Shown here in pieces: positions 39,835 to 47,991 of a DNA stretch of 64,000 bases; positions within the stretch are counted from its first letter, which is position 1, and each line of letters starts with the position of its first letter. The stretch covers positions 26,721 to 90,720 of the forward strand of contig JBAYWF010000004.1 in the NCBI GenBank assembly GCA_041674205.1. The letters run 5' to 3'. The notes beneath the pieces are model-generated. The model was not told where the DNA came from and did no database searches. It worked only from the letters and a program-made list of their open reading frames with translations. The stretch comes from Parcubacteria group bacterium (GTDB taxonomy: Bacteria > Patescibacteriota > Minisyncoccia > Moranbacterales > UBA2206). A program made the translations under genes and the position numbers.

Positions 39835-40026
39835 TTATTTGTCTTCCGATTTTTTAATTATCCTCACAATCCCCTTATCCGCATCCACTTCCACCAGATC
39901 CCCGTCACGCAAAACTTGGGTGGCGATTTTGGTGCCGACGATACAAGGGATTTTGAATTCCCGCGCCAGCATCGAGGCGTGGCAAAGCATTCCGTCCTCA
40001 TCGGTCACGATCGCTTTTACTTTTTT
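39835..40026 (-). pseudogene. Orphan C-terminal half of a phospho-His swivel domain (relic G)
   Basis: KKVKAIVTDEDGMLCHASMLAREFKIPCIVGTKIATQVLRDGDLVEVDADKGIVRII; no convincing start; overlaps the methyltransferase stop in the -1 frame. Confidence 0.85.
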
Positions 40027-40838
40027 CTTAAAATATAAATGGGCCAATATCTGGGATCGAAGTATTTATCGGTTATGTATTTAACGTCTTCAATCAGATA
40101 ATATTTATTAAAAATATTTTCCAAATTGTCCCTTAGCGGCAATCTGATTTTCAGGCTGCTCGGTTTAATAAATCCAAGCATCGTCTTAAGTTCCGAATCA
40201 TCAATAATCCGTTTTCCGCGCATATCGCGCAACTTCGATAATATTCCGGACGGCGTATAGGATCCTTTTTTCCGCCCTATTGAAAGCGCCAGGTCCGGGT
40301 AAGCCATCATAAAAAGCGTTTTTTTGCCCGTCTTGATTCGCAGTTTCCTGTATCTTTCAAACCCATCAGCCGGATTGACTTCTTTGCGTACCGGACGTAT
40401 TACCGCGGTAGTCGCGAATATCCCGCCCGGCTTCAAATTGTCGGCAATATTTTTTACAAAAAAGCTTTGTTTATTTATCGGGATCATATTGATAACGTTA
40501 TGGCCCATTATCAAATCAAATCCACGCGCATCATCCAGCTCAAGCCAATCAGACTCAATGAATAATTCTTTTCCATCCCTTTTCATCAAAATCCTCAGCG
40601 CCTCATACACCTCCGAATTCACATCACAACAAATCGGCGTTATTTTATGCTTCAAAAGCAAATCACGGAATTCCGGCGTCGACCCCAAAATTAAAATCCT
40701 CGGCTTCTTATTACCTGCAAGAACCTTTCTGATGATTTTTTCGTATATAGCCATTTCCAACCCTGGCCTGACGGGCGCGGCATAATTTTTCCAATCTTTT
40801 GCCAATTGTTTGTTCCAAGGAAGTTTTTTTTCAGTCAT
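40017..40838 (-). CDS. Class I SAM-dependent methyltransferase, LGSTPE type (copy 7)
   Basis: PVRPG...ILGSTPEFRD...CDVN...GFDLIMG...NLKPGGIF. Confidence 0.8.
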   Translation of the reverse strand: MTEKKLPWNKQLAKDWKNYAAPVRPGLEMAIYEKIIRKVLAGNKKPRILILGSTPEFRDLLLKHKITPICCDVNSEVYEALRILMKRDGKELFIESDWLELDDARGFDLIMGHNVINMIPINKQSFFVKNIADNLKPGGIFATTAVIRPVRKEVNPADGFERYRKLRIKTGKKTLFMMAYPDLALSIGRKKGSYTPSGILSKLRDMRGKRIIDDSELKTMLGFIKPSSLKIRLPLRDNLENIFNKYYLIEDVKYITDKYFDPRYWPIYILRKK

Positions 40839-40860
40839 ATCTATATATAACTAATTATTT

Positions 40861-40897
40861 CGCGCCCACCTCCGCCAGATCCCCATTCTGCAAAAAA
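40861..40897 (-). pseudogene. Short relic of the His-domain 3' end (relic H)
   Basis: Reads FLQNGDLAEVGA vs ILHDGDLVEVDA in copies D/E; DNA aligns to the copy E tail near 36435-36470. Confidence 0.6.
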
Positions 40898-40903
40898 TCG
40901 CAT

Positions 40904-41446
40904 TCAATCAATCTGGTGCTTCCTCCTATATTCTTCATAATCTCTTGCCGCGACTTTCAAAATAGCATCTTTCGGGACTAAATAATCTTCATAATCCCCA
41001 TTTTCAATCACCCTATCCGCCGGCATATCCGGCGATAATGACCCGTGCGTGATAATATTGACGATTTTTCCTTCTGAATCCATCGCAATGGCTTTGATAT
41101 CTTCCTGCATACCATATTCCAGCAATTCCCAATCCCTAACCAATCCATATTCTTCTTCTGTCAGTTTCCAAATCGTACCATAAGTGACGGCGTTAACTTT
41201 TGGCCTGATAATATATAACTCAAAATTATCATCAAAAGCCTTGGAAACGATTTCGCGCGGAGAAAGCCTGGATGGCGCCGTCCCAATTATTTCTCCCGGT
41301 ATATCATCGATTTTTTGGACACACAGCTCAAAGCCCAGTAATTTTCCCTTAACGCCTTCGATTTTTTCACGGCCAACCATAGCAGACATCATCTCCAAAT
41401 CGCGATTAGTGCCATAGCCGAAATAATCCAATAGTTGCTTCTTCAT
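40904..41446 (-). CDS. Gamma-glutamylcyclotransferase-fold protein
   Basis: YFGYGTN N-terminal motif; YGTIWKL...DWE. Confidence 0.6.
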   Translation of the reverse strand: MKKQLLDYFGYGTNRDLEMMSAMVGREKIEGVKGKLLGFELCVQKIDDIPGEIIGTAPSRLSPREIVSKAFDDNFELYIIRPKVNAVTYGTIWKLTEEEYGLVRDWELLEYGMQEDIKAIAMDSEGKIVNIITHGSLSPDMPADRVIENGDYEDYLVPKDAILKVAARDYEEYRRKHQID

Positions 41447-41465
41447 AGCGTTTGTTTTGATTTAA

Positions 41466-42344
41466 TTAATTCAAACTTAATTCTTTGCCTTGTATTTCAC
41501 AGGATGCCTTGCCGCGCTTATCGATTCCGATGGAAATGCCAGCGCCTTGATCGACTGGCAAATATTTTTTCATGTCTATCCCGGCAATATGCCTTTTGAT
41601 AAAAGGGCTTATGGAATCATAATGGCTTACCGCCCAGATGATTAATCGCCTGTCAGGATTAGCCTTGTGATATTCATCAGCTATCTGCGCCTGTAATGAA
41701 AGCGCGTAATTAACCCGGTCAGCTATTCCATCCGGACCTTCCGCACCCATCTCTACACGAGTCTCCCTTTCCGAATCTGATTCATACGCATCCCAAAATT
41801 CCACCCCGGTTCCATATTTATCTATCAAAAATTGCGTAAATTCTGGTGACTCTTCCAATATCATCAAGTCCCTCAGTTCTGAAACTTCAATAGCTCCGCC
41901 GTTTTGAGCGGCTGAATTATTCAACAATTGTCCATCCGCAATAAAAAATTCCGACATAGATTCCCTGAGCCCCGTCATTACCTGACCGGCAGTTTCCACC
42001 GCCCTCTGATGCTTATTTTTTATTCCATCGGGAGTGGACAATGTCGAATCGCTGGCAATCACCATCACATCGATCATTTTTCTCTCTTCCTCATTTAAAC
42101 CGCCAAATATCTTATTGAAAAATTCCTTGGCGTTCACTCGCACTTGTTCTGCCGCGCCAACTTCAAGCGCACCCATATCTGGCGAGTCTTTGCGCCTATC
42201 GTCTTTGGCGTTGCGCTGCAAAACGATTGTCGAGCCGCCGATTTCAGGCATTTTTGGATGGAGATCTGCCGATGTGATTCTTTCTATTTCAACCTTCCCG
42301 CCTTCGTTATGAAAAATTTGATTCGGCCATTCATTCATAAACAA
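41466..42344 (-). CDS. Histidine-phosphatase-fold protein, RH changed to RN
   Basis: IVLQRNAK, RAVETA, IWAVSHYD. Confidence 0.55.
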   Translation of the reverse strand: MFMNEWPNQIFHNEGGKVEIERITSADLHPKMPEIGGSTIVLQRNAKDDRRKDSPDMGALEVGAAEQVRVNAKEFFNKIFGGLNEEERKMIDVMVIASDSTLSTPDGIKNKHQRAVETAGQVMTGLRESMSEFFIADGQLLNNSAAQNGGAIEVSELRDLMILEESPEFTQFLIDKYGTGVEFWDAYESDSERETRVEMGAEGPDGIADRVNYALSLQAQIADEYHKANPDRRLIIWAVSHYDSISPFIKRHIAGIDMKKYLPVDQGAGISIGIDKRGKASCEIQGKELSLN

Positions 42345-42353
42345 TTTAATTTT

Positions 42354-42893
42354 TTATTTATTAATATCCTTAGCCAGATAATCCGCCGCCTCTTCTATGG
42401 AATCAAAAATAGGCACTCCTTTCTCTTTCCATTTTGAAATCCAATTCCTGTGTCCCATAACCTGCCCTAGCCGATCAGAAGTCGCCCCGCCATCATAGTT
42501 CGTTTCTTCTCTCTTTTTGATAAATGATTTATGCTTCTCCCATTCGGGCACGACTACCGCATCCGGCCTAAGCCAATTATTAGAAGCGCCCATAATCCAC
42601 AAACCTTTTTCTATGGCCCGCTTTGTCACTTCATCACTTCGCCTATCGATTTCATCCATCACATCTTCGCTTTCCAGCCACCATGCCCTTTTCGGATGAG
42701 CGCCTGATTTTTCCCATAATTTATCGCCATCGATCCAATTTTTGTCCTTTTGCCTATCTACAAAATATGTTTTACCGGCACCGGATGGAGCAACGATAAA
42801 AAGCCCTGACTTGTGCCTGACGAATTCTTTTAAAAACAGCTCTATCGCCTCAGCAATCTGAGAATCATCCAATGGCTCCAGATCATATACCAT
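42354..42893 (-). CDS. P-loop small-molecule or nucleotide kinase-like protein
   Basis: IVAPSGAGKT Walker A and WIDGD; true start ATG 42893. Confidence 0.7.
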   Translation of the reverse strand: MVYDLEPLDDSQIAEAIELFLKEFVRHKSGLFIVAPSGAGKTYFVDRQKDKNWIDGDKLWEKSGAHPKRAWWLESEDVMDEIDRRSDEVTKRAIEKGLWIMGASNNWLRPDAVVVPEWEKHKSFIKKREETNYDGGATSDRLGQVMGHRNWISKWKEKGVPIFDSIEEAADYLAKDINK

Positions 42894-42920
42894 ATTTTTT
42901 AATATTAAAATGTTACGCTT

Positions 42921-42978
42921 TTTTAATATTATCACAACTCCCGCATCCACTTCCACTAGACTCCCATCCTGCAAAACC
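42921..42978 (-). pseudogene. Relic of the His-domain 3' end (relic I)
   Basis: Reads VLQDGSLVEVDA--GVVIILK, 20 nt after the ATP-grasp gene stop. Confidence 0.75.
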
Positions 42979-42998
42979 TAAATGAATAATCCTAATCC

Positions 42999-43946
42999 CT
43001 AATTTTTCAAAGTCGTAATCGGCCGGCTTTGGACGATGTGAAATTTTCCACTTTCATAAGCCCACTCGATATCGCACGGAAAACCGTAATGTTTTTCGAT
43101 ACCCAAGATTATTTCCGACAATTCCAAAATTTGTTTTTCCGCCAGGACTTGCGCGGACGCTTGCGGCTCGGGAATATTTTTCCATTCGTTGCCGCCGTTT
43201 TGCGCCCGATAGATCCCGCGTTCCTGCGTGGAAACGTTGATGTCTAAAATATTCCTCGGATTTTTTTCCACCACATAACTGTCCGGGGTGATTTGGCCGG
43301 ACACGATCGCTTCGCCGAGGCCATAGCCGGCTTCGATGATGAGTTGATTGCGATCTTCCGTCACCGGGTGCACCGAAAAAGCGATGCCGGAAATCTCGCT
43401 TTCCACCATTTTTTGCACCACCACCGCCACGGAAATTTTTTGTTTATGCAGGTTTTTTTCAAAACGGTAAAAAATCGCGCGCGGTGTGAATAGCGACGCC
43501 CAACAATGCTGGACTTTTTCCAATAAATTATCCTTGGTCGTGTTCAAATAGGAATCCAATTGCCCCGCCCAAGCGTTTTCCGCGCCGTCCTCCGCCGTCG
43601 CACTGGACCGGACAGCCACGAATTCAGCATTCAATTCGGTAAATCTTTTTTTAATTTCTTGCGCGATATCTTCCGGCATCTGCGCCTTTTTAATCAAAGT
43701 CTGGATCTTTTCCGAAGCCTCTTCGACCGTGTGCATCGCATTGTGATCGACAGTATGTAAAACCGCATCCACCTCGACGCCCAAATCGGTTTCCGCTAGA
43801 AATTTCTCGAAAGTCCCGGCCAGAACCACGAAGCCAGGCGGCACCGGGATGCCGGCCTGCGTCATCTCGCCGAGAGACGCTCCTTTGCCTCCGGCGATAT
43901 CGGTATCGCTTTTTGATAAATTTTGAAAAATTCTAATCAGTTCCAT
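42999..43946 (-). CDS. Stand-alone PEP-synthase/PPDK N-terminal ATP-grasp domain protein
   Basis: GGKGASLGEM, VPPGFVV, VAVRSSATAED, GLGEAIVSG, DIEWA, VQSRPIT followed by a stop. Confidence 0.93.
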   Translation of the reverse strand: MELIRIFQNLSKSDTDIAGGKGASLGEMTQAGIPVPPGFVVLAGTFEKFLAETDLGVEVDAVLHTVDHNAMHTVEEASEKIQTLIKKAQMPEDIAQEIKKRFTELNAEFVAVRSSATAEDGAENAWAGQLDSYLNTTKDNLLEKVQHCWASLFTPRAIFYRFEKNLHKQKISVAVVVQKMVESEISGIAFSVHPVTEDRNQLIIEAGYGLGEAIVSGQITPDSYVVEKNPRNILDINVSTQERGIYRAQNGGNEWKNIPEPQASAQVLAEKQILELSEIILGIEKHYGFPCDIEWAYESGKFHIVQSRPITTLKN

Positions 43947-43984
43947 AGTGTTTTTTGCCTTATTAACGACTTATTTATAATCCA

Positions 43985-44012
43985 AGCATATCACAAAGAC
44001 CGCATCTGACAA
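43985..44012 (-). promoter_or_regulatory. Candidate promoter of the split-dikinase operon
   Basis: TTGTCA-N16-TATGCT with extended -10 TG. Confidence 0.4.
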
Positions 44013-44136
44013 AACCTGTTTTTTATTTTAAAATCTCCCCCATCTCTTGTTCCATACCAATCTAGACTAAAACCCCGTACCCTTCCGAATCATTTAGAGC
44101 CATCCAGCTTCATTAAAAAAACCAGGATGGGAATTC

Positions 44137-45426
44137 CTAGTTCTTTAATATCTCTTTGATTTTTTCCATCGCTTTATCCAGTTGCGGATCCCGGTCGTTC
44201 TTGAAATCATCCAGGGTCAAATCGACGTCGATGTCTGGACTGATGCCTTTTTCCATTATGTAATCGCCGTTCGGCGTCAGCCATTTAGCTACGGTTATTT
44301 TCACGCTGGATTTATTTGGCAAATCTATCAATTCTTGCACTGAGCCTTTGCCGAATGATTTTTTTCCGATCAATTGGAGGCCTCGATTGTCACGCAAAGC
44401 GCCTGCTAGAATTTCCGAAGCGCTGGCGCTGCCTTCGTTTATCAGGACCACCATCGGAAGTCCGCTCAGTCTGTCGCCTCCAGCAGTATATAAGTTGTCT
44501 TTTTTGCCGGTTCCATCTTCTTCGGTCACGACGACTTTCCCCCGAGGAATCAAACGGCTGGCGATTTCAACCGATGAAGTCAGGAACCCTCCAGGATTAT
44601 TGCGCAAATCCAAAACTATGCCTTTCGATCCGCGGGAAATTATCTGGTTCATCGCCGCATCGAACTCATCGGAAGTTTTCTCGCCGAATTGGTTTATCTT
44701 CAAATACGCGATATTATTTTCCTTGAATTCGATTTTAACACTCTTGACCTTGATCATCTCGCGGGTTATTGAAATCTCCGTGGTTTCTTGATCGCCTTTA
44801 TGCAGGATTACCAATTTTACTTGCGTACCTTTTTTGCCGCGAATGAGGTCTACCGCTTGATCAATCGATACGTCTGACGTTAATTTGTCCCCGATTTGCA
44901 AAATTTTATCTCCAGCCAGAAGCCCGGACTTTTGCGACGGCGAACCGTCCAGCGGAGCGATGACCGTCAAAATCCCATCTTTTACCCCAAGTTCCGCCCC
45001 GATTCCCTCGAAACTTCCGCTGATATCCTGATCGAATTCCTGGGTTTCCTTGGGATCGAAAAAGGTCGTATAGGGATCCTTCGTCGCAGCCAGCATCCCT
45101 TTGATCGCGCCATAAACCAATTCCTGCGCGTCCAAGGAATCATGGTTGACATATTTTTCCTTAAGCAAATCCCAGACCTTCCAAAAAAGATCGAAATCCA
45201 CTTCTTTCTCTTCCGTTAGGAACTTGTTCTTGATGACGGTCGAATCGATAGGATAGCTTTGATTTGCCGATTCCGTCGATTTTTTGCCATTAGTGTAGCC
45301 GATCCAAAAACTTCCGACCACCAGGAACAGCACGATAAAAAACAAAAAATAACGCTTAAAAAGCCGATGGTTTTTCTCTTCTTCGTGCACTGCCGGATTT
45401 ATCAGTTGTTCTTCTTGCATATCCAT
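44137..45426 (-). CDS. S41 family carboxy-terminal processing protease (CtpA/Prc-like)
   Basis: DPYT, GIGAE (PDZ), LDLRNNPGG, SASASEILAGAL, FGKGSVQ. Confidence 0.95.
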   Translation of the reverse strand: MDMQEEQLINPAVHEEEKNHRLFKRYFLFFIVLFLVVGSFWIGYTNGKKSTESANQSYPIDSTVIKNKFLTEEKEVDFDLFWKVWDLLKEKYVNHDSLDAQELVYGAIKGMLAATKDPYTTFFDPKETQEFDQDISGSFEGIGAELGVKDGILTVIAPLDGSPSQKSGLLAGDKILQIGDKLTSDVSIDQAVDLIRGKKGTQVKLVILHKGDQETTEISITREMIKVKSVKIEFKENNIAYLKINQFGEKTSDEFDAAMNQIISRGSKGIVLDLRNNPGGFLTSSVEIASRLIPRGKVVVTEEDGTGKKDNLYTAGGDRLSGLPMVVLINEGSASASEILAGALRDNRGLQLIGKKSFGKGSVQELIDLPNKSSVKITVAKWLTPNGDYIMEKGISPDIDVDLTLDDFKNDRDPQLDKAMEKIKEILKN

Positions 45427-45454
45427 TCTTGATTATATTCCGGTACCGGCCAGC

Positions 45455-45503
45455 TAGGGATGAAAAATCCTGTTCTAGAAGAATCTCGATGATTTCATCC
45501 CTA
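45455..45503. repeat. Inverted repeat with 11-bp arms
   Basis: TAGGGATGAAA-N27-TTTCATCCCTA. Confidence 0.65.
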
Positions 45504-45526
45504 TGGTTGGAATACGGATTTTTGCC

Positions 45527-46741
45527 TTATATTTTAGGCTTGATGTCGGTTTGCGCCGGCATCGTAAAGATGTTTTTCGCCATATCGCGGATCTTGTCAT
45601 AATTATCCCCGATCGGAAGCAGGATATAGCCCGCATCGCCTTGAGGCGGATTGTATAATAAGCCTTCTTCGGAATTCTCCAATACCCGGCGATAGATTTG
45701 GGGATTAGCCATCCCGCCGTAGATATCATACATTTTTTTCATCTCCCAGGATTTCATATCCGTCTTCACATTATTTCCCAAGCTGTCCAAAATACCGTTC
45801 ACCTTGCTGAAATCAGTCAGGGTTCCAGCGCTCATCAACCTGTCTTTGACCAACTGAATGATCTCTTGCTGCCTCTTGGCCCGCTCAAAATCGCTCGTGG
45901 CATATCTTGACCTGGCGAAACAAAGCGCCTGCTCCCCGTTCAACATCTGCTTTCCGGCCGCTAACTTGAAACTTCCCCCACACTCCAAGGTGTCCTGCGG
46001 AGCATTGCACAACGGATAGGTCGCCACGATTCGGGTCTTGTAGGCTTGGGTCGTCTTGCTAAAATATTTCACCGTCTTATTTTCAACATTTCCCGTCGGT
46101 ATATTGAAAAATGAATCACAGACATGTTCTTGATTGAATTGCATCGACTCATCGAATGGCTGACTCAAAGTCACTTCGATGCCGCCGACCGCGTCAATCA
46201 ATTGTTTGAATCCGGCAAAATTAGTACGCACCGCGTAGTGGATCGGCAAACCGGTAACTTCCGAAACGGCCGTCTTCATATCTTCCATTCCCTGTCCTTC
46301 GCCTTTCTGCTCTCCGTAAGCGTGCACCGCGTTGATTTTCTGCTTGTCTCCGGTGCCAGGAACCGTGACATACAGATCGCGCGGGATGGAAATCATCGCC
46401 ACCTTATTTTCTTTCGGCAGGATGCTCACTAACATTATAGTATCCGCCAAATTTCCACCGCCCGGCAAATCGACTCCGCGCATTCCCAGAAGCAGGATAT
46501 TTATCCGCCCGTCGGTTTCCCCCTTGAGATCATTATTGACCCCGGGAATCGAACGCGACAAACTTTCCAATAGTCCGCCATCGGAAATCTTCTTCAAGAC
46601 GCCGTCCATTTTCCAGGCAAATACGCCCCCGATAGCAATCAAAACGACCACGATCGCGGCTACGATTTTGAACCATACTTTTTTCATAAACCCGAAACGC
46701 GAAGCATTCATTTGCGGGTTATTTTTTTCGATGTAAGACAT
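45527..46741 (-). CDS. LCP (LytR-CpsA-Psr) family protein
   Basis: INILLLG, ADTIML, SIPRDLYV, KINA, FARSR, SDFERAKRQ. Confidence 0.93.
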   Translation of the reverse strand: MSYIEKNNPQMNASRFGFMKKVWFKIVAAIVVVLIAIGGVFAWKMDGVLKKISDGGLLESLSRSIPGVNNDLKGETDGRINILLLGMRGVDLPGGGNLADTIMLVSILPKENKVAMISIPRDLYVTVPGTGDKQKINAVHAYGEQKGEGQGMEDMKTAVSEVTGLPIHYAVRTNFAGFKQLIDAVGGIEVTLSQPFDESMQFNQEHVCDSFFNIPTGNVENKTVKYFSKTTQAYKTRIVATYPLCNAPQDTLECGGSFKLAAGKQMLNGEQALCFARSRYATSDFERAKRQQEIIQLVKDRLMSAGTLTDFSKVNGILDSLGNNVKTDMKSWEMKKMYDIYGGMANPQIYRRVLENSEEGLLYNPPQGDAGYILLPIGDNYDKIRDMAKNIFTMPAQTDIKPKI

Positions 46742-46804
46742 TGCTTTTTCTTTAAATTAATAAATAAATCCAATCCCTATCCGCCGGAACAGGCATTAAT
46801 ATAT

Positions 46805-46832
46805 ATTTTACTTTGAATTCAAGTATTGTCAA
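46805..46832 (-). promoter_or_regulatory. sigma70 promoter for the LCP gene
   Basis: TTGACA-N16-TAAAAT on the minus strand. Confidence 0.5.
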
Positions 46833-47990
46833 TCAATCGGATATGTTGCATAATTTTTTATAGATAGCCAGCATCTTTTCCGCGGTTTTCAACCATGAAA
46901 ACTTTGCGGCTTGTACCAACCCTTTTTGGCTCAAACTGAACCTCAATGAGTCATCTATCACGATCCGGGTAAGCTTGTCAGCGAAATCATCCGGATCATT
47001 CGGATCGAAAAATAGCGCCGCACCTTCCGTTATTTCACTATGCGGCGGAATGTCCGAGGCGATCACCGGCACGCCGAGAGTCATCGCTTCCAAAACCGGG
47101 ATGCCAAAACCTTCATATAGGGAAGGGAAACAAAAAGCCTGCGCCAATCCCATCAGGATCGGCTTATCAGCCTCATCGATGAAACCCGGCAGGATCACAT
47201 ATTCCTGCAAGGAATAGCTTTTGATGAATTCATCGATCCTTTGATCGAAATTATGTCCGCGCCCGCCCGCCAAAACCAGCTTACAATACTCGCGTTTTTC
47301 CGTCGGAATCCTGACATAGGCTTCAATCAACGCTGGCAGGTTTTTTCTGGGCTGGAGCGTCCCGATATAGAGGATGAAATTCCGAGGAAGGTCGTATTTT
47401 TTCCTGACTGCTTCCATTTGCTCTTTCGTATAATTTTCCCGGAAACTGTCCGCCACCGCGTTATGGATCCAGTCGACTTTTTCCGAAGCGACTTTATAAT
47501 ATTTGATGATTTCCTGGGCGGTGAACCGCGAAACACCAATTATTTTATCGGCACGCCTCAGACTCAAGGGAATCAGGCTGCTCAGAAAAAACAAATCCGT
47601 CTTTTTGATCAGTTTCGGGAAAACCCTGAAAGAAACGTCGTGGATGATCGTCACGATTTTGATTTTGCGGGAAATGAAAAGCGGCGTGATATATTGCACC
47701 TGCAAAATATCCACCGGATTCCGACGCAAATATTCCGGCAGGATCCAAGCATTCCAAATAATTTTTCCAGAACCTTTTTGACAAAGGCTTACGACTTTGA
47801 AATTCGGCGCCAACTGCAGAAATGCTATCGATTCTCGCAGATCCGCATCCAGCTCGGGATTCCGGTCCGTCAGCAATAAATATTCATTCTCCTTATCTAT
47901 AACAGCCAGGTTTTTCACCAAATTGAAAAACACCACTTCGTCACCAGTCCTTTTTTTGCCGATATTGCGGATGTCGATCGCGATACGCAT
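46833..47990 (-). CDS. Glycosyltransferase family 4
   Basis: TIIHDV, GTLQPRKN, PSLYEGFGIPVLEAM. Confidence 0.93.
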   Translation of the reverse strand: MRIAIDIRNIGKKRTGDEVVFFNLVKNLAVIDKENEYLLLTDRNPELDADLRESIAFLQLAPNFKVVSLCQKGSGKIIWNAWILPEYLRRNPVDILQVQYITPLFISRKIKIVTIIHDVSFRVFPKLIKKTDLFFLSSLIPLSLRRADKIIGVSRFTAQEIIKYYKVASEKVDWIHNAVADSFRENYTKEQMEAVRKKYDLPRNFILYIGTLQPRKNLPALIEAYVRIPTEKREYCKLVLAGGRGHNFDQRIDEFIKSYSLQEYVILPGFIDEADKPILMGLAQAFCFPSLYEGFGIPVLEAMTLGVPVIASDIPPHSEITEGAALFFDPNDPDDFADKLTRIVIDDSLRFSLSQKGLVQAAKFSWLKTAEKMLAIYKKLCNISD

Positions 47991-47991
47991 A

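Noticed and set aside
42894-42974. N-terminal extension of the kinase ORF given in the ORF track
   Set aside because: It is the His-domain relic read in frame; ATG 42893 is the more plausible start.
28192-43946. Annotating the array as multiple PEP synthase (ppsA), PPDK or PTS enzyme I genes
   Set aside because: No protein carries the C-terminal PEP/pyruvate-binding barrel, and the ATP-grasp and His domains are on separate genes.
28192-43946. Classical integron or diversity-generating retroelement
   Set aside because: No tyrosine recombinase, attC-like sites or reverse transcriptase seen; differences between the repeated tails are mostly synonymous and not adenine-specific.
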